Below, piece by piece: positions 30,600 through 40,011 of a stretch of DNA of 64,000 nucleotides. The position numbers and the translations under genes are program-made. The notes below the pieces were generated by a model that saw only the letters and a program-made list of their open reading frames with translations, did no database searches and was not told the DNA's origin. Location: assembly GCA_046594915.1 (NCBI GenBank), contig JBKJRC010000014.1, forward strand, positions 86,245 through 150,244, given 5' to 3'. The DNA is from Methylotenera sp. (GTDB taxonomy: Bacteria > Pseudomonadota > Gammaproteobacteria > Burkholderiales > Methylophilaceae). Position 1 is the first letter of the stretch. Each line of letters opens with the position of its first letter.

Positions 30600-31562
30600 A
30601 TGAAAATCCTCATTGTTAAAACCTCATCGCTGGGCGATATCATTCATTGTTTGCCTGTCATCAATGACATTCGTGCCGCTTATCCAAACGCGCAGATTGA
30701 CTGGATTGTGGAAGAAAGTTTTGCCGATATTCCACGTTTGCATCCAGCGATTAATCAGATTTACACAGTGGATTTGAGACGCTGGCGCAAGCAATTACTT
30801 AACACTCAAACTTGGTCAGAAATAAAGCAATTCAAGCAGTTAATTGCACAAAAAAAATATGATGCTGTGATTGATACGCAGGGTTTATTAAAAAGCGCAT
30901 TGATTACGCGGCTGGCTAACGGTGTTAAACATGGCTACGATAAACAATCAATTCGCGAACCGATTGCCAGCAGGTTTTACGATAAAACCTACGCCATTTC
31001 TTATCAGCAACATGCAGTGAGCAGAAATCGTACTTTGGCGGCGTTAAGTTTGGATTATGCTCCACCTTCAAATGCGCCCGATTTCGGCATTCAAACAACG
31101 CTTAATTTAAACGATTCGACAAGTAAGCCTTTTGTTATCGCGCTGCATGGCACTAGTCGCGATAATAAATTGTGGCCAACTGAGCATTGGATTAATCTGG
31201 GAAAAGCCTTAAACAATCAGCAACTGAATATGCTGTTGCCTTGGTCAAATTCTGCTGAATTAGTGCGTGCTGAACAGATTGCAAATATTCTGGAAAATGC
31301 AGTTGTATTGCCAAAATTGAGCATAGCCGAATTAGCATCGGTCATTAGCCAAGCCAAAGCTGCAGTTGGCGTTGATACTGGGTTATCCCACTTAGCGGCG
31401 GCATTGAATATTCCTACTGTCGCCATTTATACCGATACTAATCCAGCATTTACTGGTGTAAAGGGCAGCAAAGCGCCAGCGATTAACTTGGGTAATATGG
31501 GTGAAATGCCGAGTGTTGATCACGTTTTGGCAAATTTAAGCAAAGCTCAAAGTCTTTATTAA
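30600..31562 (+). CDS. waaC: LPS heptosyltransferase I
   Basis: MKILIVKTSSLGD, DWIVEESF, DTQGLLKSA, GVDTGLSHLAAA; ATG at 30600 preferred. Confidence 0.93.
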   Translation: MKILIVKTSSLGDIIHCLPVINDIRAAYPNAQIDWIVEESFADIPRLHPAINQIYTVDLRRWRKQLLNTQTWSEIKQFKQLIAQKKYDAVIDTQGLLKSALITRLANGVKHGYDKQSIREPIASRFYDKTYAISYQQHAVSRNRTLAALSLDYAPPSNAPDFGIQTTLNLNDSTSKPFVIALHGTSRDNKLWPTEHWINLGKALNNQQLNMLLPWSNSAELVRAEQIANILENAVVLPKLSIAELASVISQAKAAVGVDTGLSHLAAALNIPTVAIYTDTNPAFTGVKGSKAPAINLGNMGEMPSVDHVLANLSKAQSLY

Positions 31563-31617
31563 ATTAGTTAACACTGAATTTAAGCCAAAAAAATGCCCGA
31601 ATTTTGCGTTGCCACAC

Positions 31618-31644
31618 TTGAAATAAAATCGCTTATCCCCACGT
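31618..31644 (+). promoter_or_regulatory. Sigma32 promoter of grpE
   Basis: TTGAAA-N13-CCCCACGT versus consensus TTGAAA-N13/14-CCCCATNT. Confidence 0.85.
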
Positions 31645-31677
31645 TCAAAACAGTGTTATTAATGAACGGGGAAACAC

Positions 31678-32199
31678 ATGCAAGAAGATAAACAAGCCGA
31701 TTTAGATAATCCGCAACAAGCAGAAACACCAGTTGAAGAAGCTAGCGTACAAACGACTGAAGATCGTATTGCCGAACTAGAAGCGGCATTGGAAGAAGCT
31801 AAAGCCAACGTTTTATACACCAAAGCAGAAGGCGAAAATATTCGCCGCCGCGCTAATGACGATATTGATAAAGCGCGTAAATTTGCACTGGAAAAATTCA
31901 GCGGTGAATTGTTAGCGGTAAAAGACAGTTTAGATGCAGCGGTATTAATTGAAGCCGCTGATGTGCAATCCTACAAAGATGGCATTCAGATCACCATTAA
32001 ACAATTGGCTTCTGTATTTGAAAAATTCAATATCGCCGAAGTGAATCCAGTTGGTGAAAAATTCGACCCGAATAAGCATCAAGCGATTTCAATGCTGGAA
32101 AACAGTGGCGAACCAAATACAGTGACTAGCGTGCTGCAAAAAGGTTATACATTGAATGACCGCGTGCTTAGGCCTGCACTGGTCACGGTTGCAAAGTAA
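31678..32199 (+). CDS. grpE: Nucleotide exchange factor GrpE
   Basis: [35 protein letters not shown]. Confidence 0.97.
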   Translation: MQEDKQADLDNPQQAETPVEEASVQTTEDRIAELEAALEEAKANVLYTKAEGENIRRRANDDIDKARKFALEKFSGELLAVKDSLDAAVLIEAADVQSYKDGIQITIKQLASVFEKFNIAEVNPVGEKFDPNKHQAISMLENSGEPNTVTSVLQKGYTLNDRVLRPALVTVAK

Positions 32200-32249
32200 G
32201 TTTGCAAAATACAATGATTAAAACAATAGCCACATGGGTTTTAAGGCTA

Positions 32250-32276
32250 TTGAAAAGTAAAAAATCCACCCAATAT
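32250..32276 (+). promoter_or_regulatory. Sigma32 promoter of dnaK
   Basis: TTGAAA-N13-CCCAATAT, one mismatch to consensus. Confidence 0.8.
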
Positions 32277-32402
32277 TACAGTTAAGTTGTTCAACAATGT
32301 TTTGATTGTATGCTTTGATTGTAAAGTGCTTAAAAAAGCTGAAAAACAATTTGAACGCATAACTCAATTTATAGTTATTTTGAAAGATAAGGAATAAGCA
32401 AC

Positions 32403-34328
32403 ATGGGTAAAATTATTGGTATTGATTTAGGTACAACAAACTCTTGCGTCGCTGTGATGGAAGGCGGCAAGCCGCGCGTGATTGAAAACTCTGAAGGTAC
32501 ACGCACAACGCCATCTATCGTGGCTTACCAAGAAGATGGCGAAATTTTAACGGGTGCGCCTGCTAAACGCCAAGCGGTGACTAATCCAAAAAATACGCTG
32601 TATGCGGTTAAGCGTTTAATTGGTCGCCGTTTTGATGAAAAAGAAGTGCAAAAAGACATCAAGCTGATGCCTTATACCATTGCCAAAAACGAAAATGGCG
32701 ATGCGTGGGTAGAAGTGCGCGGCGTAAAAATGGCGCCACCACAAATTTCGGCTGAAGTATTACGCAAAATGAAAAAAACTGCGGAAGACTATTTGGGCGA
32801 AGAGGTGACGGAAGCGGTGATTACGGTGCCGGCTTATTTTAACGACTCACAGCGCCAAGCCACTAAAGACGCGGGCCGTATCGCGGGTTTAGACGTAAAA
32901 CGTATTATTAATGAGCCAACGGCGGCTGCATTAGCTTTTGGTTTAGACAAACAAGAAGGCGACCGCAAAATTGCGGTGTATGACTTAGGCGGCGGCACGT
33001 TTGACGTGTCGATCATTGAGATTTCAAGCATCGATGGCGAACATCAATTTGAAGTATTGAGCACCAACGGCGATACATTCTTGGGTGGTGAAGACTTTGA
33101 TAACCGTTTAATCGACTTTTTAGCCGATGAGTTCAAAAAAGAAAATGGCGGCTTAGATTTACGCAATGACTTATTGGCAAAACAACGTTTGAAAGAAGCG
33201 GCTGAAAAAGCAAAAATCGAGCTTTCAGGTGCTACTCAAACGGAGGTGAACTTGCCCTACATCACGGCGGACGCAACAGGCCCGAAACACTTAGTGGTGA
33301 AAATCACACGTGCAAAATTAGAGTCCTTGGTGGAAGATTTAATCGAACGCACAATTGGTCCTTGTAAAACTGCGATTAAAGACGCAGGCGTTTCAATTGA
33401 CGATATTACCGATGTGATTTTGGTTGGCGGTCAAAGCCGTATGCCTAAAGTGCAAGAAAAAGTGAAAGAAATATTTGGCAAAGAGCCACGTAAAGACGTA
33501 AACCCTGATGAAGCAGTGGCAGTTGGTGCAGCGATTCAAGGTGGCGTACTGAAAGGTGATGTTAAAGATGTGTTGTTATTAGACGTAACGCCTTTAAGCT
33601 TAGGTATTGAAACACTAGGCGGTGTGATGACGAAAGTGATCAAGAAAAACACCACGATCCCTACCAAGGCATCGCAAACATTTTCAACCGCGGATGACAA
33701 CCAGAATGCGGTGACGATTCAAGTGTTGCAAGGTGAGCGCGAAATGGCAACGGCTAATAAATCGCTTGGCCAATTCAATTTGTCAGACATTCCACCAGCA
33801 CCACGTGGCATGCCGCAAATTGAAGTGACATTTGATATTGATGCGAATGGTATTTTGCACGTTTCTGCTAAAGATAAAGCGACTGGTAAAGAAAATAAAA
33901 TTACCATTAAAGCAAACTCTGGTTTATCAGAAGCTGAAATTCAACAGATGGAAGAAGATGCGATCAAATATGCGGATGAAGATAAGAAATACCGTGAGCT
34001 GGTAGATGCGCGTAACGCCGCTGATGGCATGGTTCACTCTGTGAAAAAATCATTGACTGAGCATGGCGATAAGTTAGACGAAGCGGAAAAAACCGCCATT
34101 GAAACCGCATTGAAAGACGTGGAAGATGTGTTGCAATCGGACGACAAAGACACCATTGAAGCAAAAACCAATGCCTTGATGGAAGCATCACAAAAACTGG
34201 GTGAAAAAGTGTATGCAGAAGAGCAAGCAAAAGCAAATACTGCAAACGCACAACCTAGCCCAGAAGGCGAAAAAACGGTTGATGCCGAAGTGATGGATGC
34301 CGAGTTTGAAGAAGTGAAGAAAGACTAA
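32403..34328 (+). CDS. dnaK: Chaperone DnaK
   Basis: [25 protein letters not shown]; C-terminal EFEEVK. Confidence 0.99.
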   Translation: MGKIIGIDLGTTNSCVAVMEGGKPRVIENSEGTRTTPSIVAYQEDGEILTGAPAKRQAVTNPKNTLYAVKRLIGRRFDEKEVQKDIKLMPYTIAKNENGDAWVEVRGVKMAPPQISAEVLRKMKKTAEDYLGEEVTEAVITVPAYFNDSQRQATKDAGRIAGLDVKRIINEPTAAALAFGLDKQEGDRKIAVYDLGGGTFDVSIIEISSIDGEHQFEVLSTNGDTFLGGEDFDNRLIDFLADEFKKENGGLDLRNDLLAKQRLKEAAEKAKIELSGATQTEVNLPYITADATGPKHLVVKITRAKLESLVEDLIERTIGPCKTAIKDAGVSIDDITDVILVGGQSRMPKVQEKVKEIFGKEPRKDVNPDEAVAVGAAIQGGVLKGDVKDVLLLDVTPLSLGIETLGGVMTKVIKKNTTIPTKASQTFSTADDNQNAVTIQVLQGEREMATANKSLGQFNLSDIPPAPRGMPQIEVTFDIDANGILHVSAKDKATGKENKITIKANSGLSEAEIQQMEEDAIKYADEDKKYRELVDARNAADGMVHSVKKSLTEHGDKLDEAEKTAIETALKDVEDVLQSDDKDTIEAKTNALMEASQKLGEKVYAEEQAKANTANAQPSPEGEKTVDAEVMDAEFEEVKKD

Positions 34329-34347
34329 GTTTTAATTTGTTGTCGAT

Positions 34348-34383
34348 AATCGTTAGCGTCCTTAAATGATGCTAACGATTTTT
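34348..34383 (+). terminator. Hairpin/terminator between dnaK and dnaJ
   Basis: AATCGTTAGCGTC-cttaaat-GATGCTAACGATT (13 bp, one G-U) followed by TTT. Confidence 0.65.
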
Positions 34384-34428
34384 CGCTATTAATTAACCAT
34401 TAATTACTTTCATTTTTTAGATTAAACC

Positions 34429-35559
34429 ATGGCTACCAAAAAAGATTATTACGAAGTTTTAGGCGTTAACAAAGACGCCTCCGAAGAAGAAATTAAGAAG
34501 TCTTATCGCAAATTAGCGATGAAATATCACCCTGACCGCAACCCAGACAACCCAAAAGCAGAAGAGCAATTTAAAGAGGCAAAAGAAGCCTATGAAATGC
34601 TGTCTGATGACCAAAAACGCGCGGCTTATGATCAATATGGTCATGCCGGCGTAGAACAAGGCGCAGGTGCTGGCGGCTTTGGTGGCGCAGGTTTTGGTGA
34701 TGCATTCGGTGATATATTTGGTGATATTTTCGGTGGCGGTCGTCAAGGTGGTGGGCAACGCAACAATGTGTACCGCGGTGCCGATTTACGCTACAACATG
34801 GAAATTAGCCTAGAAGATGCGGCAAAAGGCACTGAAACCAAGATCCGTATTCCCGTGCAAGCGGCCTGCGAAACCTGTAAAGGCACTGGCGCTAAAGCTG
34901 GCAAATCGCCTGTTACCTGCTCTACCTGTGGCGGGCATGGCCAAGTGCGCATGCAACAAGGTTTTTTCTCGGTTCAGCAAACTTGTCCAAAATGTCATGG
35001 TGGCGGCAAAATTATTAAAGATGAAGATAAATGTGGTACCTGTCACGGCGCTGGCCGCCAAAAAATCAACAAAACCTTGTCGGTTAAAATCCCGGCAGGT
35101 GTTGATGAAGGCGATAGAATTCGCTTAACTGGTGAAGGCGAAGCTGGCGTCAATGGCGGTCCAACTGGCGATTTATATGTGGTGGTGCATTTAAAACAAC
35201 ATGAGATTTTCCAGCGCGATGGTGGCAACTTACATTGTGAAATGCCAATTAGCTTTAGCACGGCAGCAATTGGTGGCGAGATTGAAGTGCCAACCTTAGG
35301 CGGCTCTGCCAAAATGAAAATACCTGCCGAAACCCAAACGGGCGGTGTTTTCAGGCTTAAAGGCAAAGGCATTAAACCATTAAGACAATCGGAAAATGGC
35401 GATTTAATGGTGCATGTGGTGGTTGAAACGCCGGTTAAATTAACCGAAAAGCAAAAAGATTTGTTGCGTGAATTTGAAACCAGCACACAAGCAGATGCTG
35501 GTAAACACAGCCCGCGCAATAAAAGCTGGATGAATAAAGTAAAAGATTTTTTTGAGTGA
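34429..35559 (+). CDS. dnaJ: Chaperone DnaJ
   Basis: J domain HPD, G/F region, four CxxCxGxG repeats. Confidence 0.99.
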   Translation: MATKKDYYEVLGVNKDASEEEIKKSYRKLAMKYHPDRNPDNPKAEEQFKEAKEAYEMLSDDQKRAAYDQYGHAGVEQGAGAGGFGGAGFGDAFGDIFGDIFGGGRQGGGQRNNVYRGADLRYNMEISLEDAAKGTETKIRIPVQAACETCKGTGAKAGKSPVTCSTCGGHGQVRMQQGFFSVQQTCPKCHGGGKIIKDEDKCGTCHGAGRQKINKTLSVKIPAGVDEGDRIRLTGEGEAGVNGGPTGDLYVVVHLKQHEIFQRDGGNLHCEMPISFSTAAIGGEIEVPTLGGSAKMKIPAETQTGGVFRLKGKGIKPLRQSENGDLMVHVVVETPVKLTEKQKDLLREFETSTQADAGKHSPRNKSWMNKVKDFFE

Positions 35560-35570
35560 GATTAAGCAGC

Positions 35571-35600
35571 TTGCACTGTAATTTTGCCCTGTAATATAGT
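35571..35600 (+). promoter_or_regulatory. Putative sigma70 promoter downstream of dnaJ
   Basis: TTGCAC-N18-TATAGT, about 45 nt upstream of a strong terminator. Confidence 0.4.
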
Positions 35601-35646
35601 AAAGCTAAAATATAAGTTAAATTTATTGGTACTTTGTTCGATTGAT

Positions 35647-35677
35647 TAACAGCCTGCAAAACAGGCTGTTATTTTTT
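35647..35677 (+). terminator. Rho-independent terminator after dnaJ
   Basis: TAACAGCCTG-caaaa-CAGGCTGTTA followed by T6. Confidence 0.85.
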
Positions 35678-35795
35678 ATTGTGCGGCCGTATATTTAGCT
35701 TCATTTTCAACGCTTACACTTCAGTTACATGCCTGTCACTAAACCGACATATCTGTTTGCTATGATTCATCCAAGTTAATAAGATGGAAATTAAG

Positions 35796-35969
35796 ATGAA
35801 AAAAGAATTAACCAAGAGCATTTTACTTGGTAGCCTGGTGTTAACCAGCATTGCATTTGGCTCGTTTAAAGCCAATGCAGCAGATTTTAACCAAGATATT
35901 GCGCATAATAGCAACTTGATATCGCCAGGTAAATTTCCACACATTCCAGAAAGCTTCCTCCAAAAATAG
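35796..35969 (+). CDS. Small secreted peptide (57 aa; Sec signal plus 29-aa mature part)
   Basis: MKK..K + hydrophobic core + ANA cleavage motif; GGAAA upstream of the ATG at 35796; bounded by terminators. Confidence 0.6.
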   Translation: MKKELTKSILLGSLVLTSIAFGSFKANAADFNQDIAHNSNLISPGKFPHIPESFLQK

Positions 35970-36057
35970 TTAATAAATTTGGTGAGTTAATTTTTTGGGA
36001 ATTAATGCTTGTCTAAATCGGCATCAGCCTTGAACAGATAACAATCAACACGTATTA

Positions 36058-36090
36058 ACAAAAAAGCCTGCTTTTAGCAGGTTTTTTTGT
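36058..36090. terminator. Bidirectional terminator after the small peptide gene
   Basis: ACAAAAAAGCCTGC-tttta-GCAGGTTTTTTTGT. Confidence 0.85.
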
Positions 36091-36257
36091 TTAAGTTAAC
36101 CAGTTTTAAGCATCAAAAAATGCATTTATTTAAAGCACATTCTCTTAGTATTATCTGGCCGCGTTGCTGGTATTAGTGCGCGCTGGACGATATACTGATA
36201 TGCGAATTTAACCCAAAAAAAATACATCGCAATTAATCACTGTAAACTTATATTATT

Positions 36258-36932
36258 ATGAACTTATATCCTGTCGCAATCGTTGAAAATTTCTACGAAA
36301 ATCCAGACGCTATCCGTCAATTTGCACTCAGTCAAAAATATCAATTTAGACATCAAATGGCGGTTAAAAACTACGTGTTTCCTGGTTGTCGCACCAAGGA
36401 TTTATCCATTATCAACAAGCCGTTATTCGAAAACGTCAGTAAAAAAATTATCTCAATATTTCACAATGCCGAATATGATTATATGCGCTGGTTAATCACT
36501 TCCAGCTTTCAAAGCGTTTCGGCAGAATACGACCGCGGCGTCATTCACACGGATAGCAATACGGTTTTTGCTGCGGTATTGTATTTATCACCCGACGCGC
36601 CGCTAGAATCTGGCACATCATTATTTAAACCGAACAAAAATTTTGACGCAGAAAAATATGAAGCCGCATTAATAGAAAATGACAAACGCTTTGAAGCGGG
36701 CAAAATTGCGATGGATACGCAATATCACAATATGTTTGATGAAATTGTACGGGTGAATAATGTGTATAACACCCTCATTTTGTATGAGGGTCGTCATTAC
36801 CACGCAGCGAATCAGTTTTTTGGCAAAACACTTAAAGACTCTAGATTAGCGCAAGTATTTTTCGTGAACAAAATTGATGCACAAAAATACAGTTCGTTCC
36901 CACTTAAACGCACGCAAGCCATCAATATTTAA
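36258..36932 (+). CDS. DUF6445-like 2OG-Fe(II) oxygenase
   Basis: IVENFYENPDAIRQFAL, FPGCRT, HTD...AAVLYLSP...SGTSLF...YNTLILY...H...R (HxD...H...R). Confidence 0.75.
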   Translation: MNLYPVAIVENFYENPDAIRQFALSQKYQFRHQMAVKNYVFPGCRTKDLSIINKPLFENVSKKIISIFHNAEYDYMRWLITSSFQSVSAEYDRGVIHTDSNTVFAAVLYLSPDAPLESGTSLFKPNKNFDAEKYEAALIENDKRFEAGKIAMDTQYHNMFDEIVRVNNVYNTLILYEGRHYHAANQFFGKTLKDSRLAQVFFVNKIDAQKYSSFPLKRTQAINI

Positions 36933-36990
36933 ATATCAATTAAAATAGATGTGCTAAAAACAGTATTTATACATTTTAGCGCGTCTATTT

Positions 36991-37251
36991 TTAGCCATTT
37001 AAACTGTTTTGAATGGCAATTAGTTCGGCTTGTGCATCACTGTAATCTTCAAACTTTTTACCAGCTGTTTTGGCATACCAATAGCGACTGTTCAATTCGT
37101 CGCCTTCTATTTTATGCAACACCGCGTGTAGCCAATTGGCGGTGTAATCAGAATAATCCTGTGCAATGTGATGCGATTTCTCCCAATCGCCTGCAAGTGC
37201 CGCTTGCACAGCAGCTTGCAATGCAATTTTGTGGTCATTTATATTGTCCAA
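36991..37251 (-). CDS. Conserved small hypothetical protein
   Basis: WEKSHHIAQD...WLHAVLHKIEGD..NSRYWY, a recognisable small helical family of unknown function; last gene of the fdx-gloA-GST run. Confidence 0.75.
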   Translation of the reverse strand: MDNINDHKIALQAAVQAALAGDWEKSHHIAQDYSDYTANWLHAVLHKIEGDELNSRYWYAKTAGKKFEDYSDAQAELIAIQNSLNG

Positions 37252-37289
37252 ACTAGCTCACTTTTAACCGTGGGTTAATGACTAAGTGA

Positions 37290-37988
37290 CTATTTAGCCA
37301 AATGCGCTAGTTCTGCTAACCCTGCACCATCGACATACGCTTGTTTAAAGCTGGAACGGGTTTGCCAGCGTTGCCAAAAGTAATGTAAATGCTCAAACCG
37401 TTCATCTAGCGGCGTTTGCACAGGGCCAAACTTTGAAAACGCAATGGATGTGCACAGCGTAATATCGGCAAAAGTCGGCTCATCGCCTCCAATTAGCCAC
37501 TCACGTCCGTCAGATAAATGTTGATTCACCATACTTGCATGACTTAACGCTTCTTTACGGCAGTGCTCGCCCCATTGTGGGTTATTAGTTAACTCAATTT
37601 TTGGCCCCAAACCTTGATGTGACACATGAAAGTAAGTCGTAATACGATACAAAACTTGTACCCAAATACGGCTATCCCACATACTGATTAAACCTTGCTC
37701 TTTGGCTGTATTGCCAAACAATTTTCTGCCTTCAAACAGATTATCTAGATACAGACTAATTGCCACCGAGTCACTCATAAAACTACCATCTTCTAGCTGC
37801 ATAGTTGGCGTTTCACCCCACGGATTCATTTTGAGATGCGGCCATTTACGCTGATCACCACCGGGCGCCATATCGTAAATCACTTCATTAATATGCTGAT
37901 TAATGCCTTTTTCATACTGAAATAAACGTAAACGTTGCGGGTTAGGAAAAGCCGATGGTGAGGTAAAAACGGTTAGTTTTGCAGTCAT
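37290..37988 (-). CDS. Glutathione S-transferase family protein
   Basis: PNPQRLRLF, NPWGETPTMQLEDGSFMSDSVAISLYL, TFADI N-capping motif. Confidence 0.9.
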   Translation of the reverse strand: MTAKLTVFTSPSAFPNPQRLRLFQYEKGINQHINEVIYDMAPGGDQRKWPHLKMNPWGETPTMQLEDGSFMSDSVAISLYLDNLFEGRKLFGNTAKEQGLISMWDSRIWVQVLYRITTYFHVSHQGLGPKIELTNNPQWGEHCRKEALSHASMVNQHLSDGREWLIGGDEPTFADITLCTSIAFSKFGPVQTPLDERFEHLHYFWQRWQTRSSFKQAYVDGAGLAELAHLAK

Positions 37989-38003
37989 TATTTTCTCCTT
38001 AAT

Positions 38004-38411
38004 TTAAAACTCACGTGGATATTCAATACTGCCCTTTTGAATAAACTCAATTTTGTAACCATCCGGATCTTCAATAAACGCAATCACAATTGTGCCGTGT
38101 TTCATCGGCCCTGCTTCGCGAATCACTTTTCCGCCCGCTGCTTTAACTTGCTCGCAAGCTTGGTACGCATCATCTACTTCGATCGCCATATGTCCATACG
38201 CGCTACCCATTTCATAGCTGGTTTTGCCATAGTTATAGGTTAACTCAATCGCGCTGTGATCGTATTCGTTACCGTAGCCTACAAATGCCAGCGTAAATTC
38301 ACCATCCGGGTAATCTTGCTGACGGATTAATTTCATGCCCAGCACTTTGGTATAAAAGTGAATAGACTGGTCTAAGTTGCCAACGCGCAACATGGTATGC
38401 AAGATTCTCAT
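38004..38411 (-). CDS. gloA: Lactoylglutathione lyase (glyoxalase I)
   Basis: [41 protein letters not shown]. Confidence 0.95.
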   Translation of the reverse strand: MRILHTMLRVGNLDQSIHFYTKVLGMKLIRQQDYPDGEFTLAFVGYGNEYDHSAIELTYNYGKTSYEMGSAYGHMAIEVDDAYQACEQVKAAGGKVIREAGPMKHGTIVIAFIEDPDGYKIEFIQKGSIEYPREF

Positions 38412-38463
38412 GTTAATTATCCTTTATTAAATTTTTTGTGATTAAATTGCTTAAATTCATTCC

Positions 38464-38736
<273 letters not shown>

Positions 38737-38751
38737 TTAACTTTTGCATTT

Positions 38752-39249
38752 TTAATTTTCTGTACTTTTAAGTTTTTGCACAATCGCATCTTCCACGGTA
38801 GAAGATACAAATTGATGCACATTGCCGCCCAATTTTGCCACTTCACGCACCAAACTAGATGACACAAACATATATTGCTCAGCTGGCGTTAAAAACAGGG
38901 TTTCCAGTTTGGGATAAAGCTTACGGTTCATGCCTGCCAATTGAAATTCATATTCAAAATCGCTGGCGGCGCGTAAGCCGCGAATCACCATCTGCGCACC
39001 TTGATCTTGCACAAATTGCATCAACAAGCCGTTGAATCCCATTACTTTGATATTGCCCGCTTTTTTAAACCCGCTTTGCGCCAAAGCCACGCGTTCTTCT
39101 AGGGTAAATAATGTGCCTTTACTGGTGCTGCCTGCAACGGCCACAATCAATTCATCAAACAAATTAGCGGCTCTATGCACGATATCTTCGTGTCCCAACG
39201 TAATCGGGTCAAATGTGCCAGGATAAACGGCAATGCGATTTTTGCTCAC
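38752..39249 (-). CDS. coaD: Phosphopantetheine adenylyltransferase
   Basis: YPGTFDPITLGH, RGLRAASDFEYE, SSSLVRE; GTG start. Confidence 0.97.
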   Translation of the reverse strand: MSKNRIAVYPGTFDPITLGHEDIVHRAANLFDELIVAVAGSTSKGTLFTLEERVALAQSGFKKAGNIKVMGFNGLLMQFVQDQGAQMVIRGLRAASDFEYEFQLAGMNRKLYPKLETLFLTPAEQYMFVSSSLVREVAKLGGNVHQFVSSTVEDAIVQKLKSTEN

Positions 39250-39251
39250 TA

Positions 39252-39371
39252 AAAACTCCTATTTTAGGCGAATTGCTGTGTTAAGCGGTGCTCTAAATCC
39301 TCATGTATTACTCATACATTCCGGTTTTTCTGCTCCGTGCGCCTTGCACTTCATCCTAAACTAGAAGTTTT
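39252..39371 (-). mobile_element. ERIC-like miniature inverted-repeat element, copy 3 (rsmD-coaD intergenic)
   Basis: 17-bp terminal IR AAAACTCCTATTTTAGG / CCTAAACTAGAAGTTTT (15/17 match); central ATGTAT-gagta-ATACAT hairpin; AGGCGC at the same offset from the end as in the other copies. Confidence 0.65.
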
Positions 39372-39379
39372 CAAAACGC

Positions 39380-39979
39380 TTACGCCAATTTTAACAAATG
39401 ATAATAAACGTTGCCTGCTTTATTTTGTTTAACAAGTTGCCAGCCACTCAACAATTCACTTGAATCTAGCGCAAATTCAGCTTCAACATAAACCAATCCA
39501 TTTTGGCTAAGATGCTGATTTAATGCAGGTAATATTTTCTGAAGCCAATTTTTATGATAAGGCGGGTCGCAAAAAATCACATCAAATTGCTGGGTGTTTT
39601 GGCTTAAAAAGATTAAAACATCCTGGCGCAAAATTTGACAATTGTTAGCCGTTAACAATTGTTGATTTTGAACCAGTGATTGATACGCTAAAGCAGCATT
39701 TTCAACCATCAGCACATTTGCCGCATTGCGCGATAAAGCCTCAAACCCAAACGCGCCAGTACCTGCAAATAAATCGAGGCAACTTTTACCGGTTAGATCT
39801 TGCCCCAGCCAATTAAACACGGTTTGCCGCACCCGTTCTGGTGTCGGCCGCAAGCCTTCAACATCAGGAAACTTTAGTAGCCGACTACGCCATACACCAG
39901 CGTTGATGCGCACTTGGTTGGTTTTTGAGGATTTAAAAGCAGGTAATTTGGGCAAAATAAGACGTTGTTTGCAGTGCAA
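39380..39979 (-). CDS. rsmD: 16S rRNA m2G966 methyltransferase
   Basis: LRPTPERVRQTVFNWL, DLFAGTGAFGFEALSR, DPPY; start codon uncertain. Confidence 0.93.
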   Translation of the reverse strand: MHCKQRLILPKLPAFKSSKTNQVRINAGVWRSRLLKFPDVEGLRPTPERVRQTVFNWLGQDLTGKSCLDLFAGTGAFGFEALSRNAANVLMVENAALAYQSLVQNQQLLTANNCQILRQDVLIFLSQNTQQFDVIFCDPPYHKNWLQKILPALNQHLSQNGLVYVEAEFALDSSELLSGWQLVKQNKAGNVYYHLLKLA

Positions 39980-40011
39980 AGTCTTATTTTAACCTTAATT
40001 TAAATATTTGA

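Noticed and set aside
35714-35944. 76-aa minus-strand ORF opposite the small peptide gene
   Set aside because: No signal, motif or RBS; the plus-strand ORF has a coherent signal peptide and terminator.
35796-36932. RiPP cluster (peptide plus oxygenase)
   Set aside because: Not called as a feature: a strong terminator and ~290 bp separate the genes, the peptide has a Sec signal rather than a RiPP leader, and no transporter or protease is adjacent. Kept only as a testable idea.
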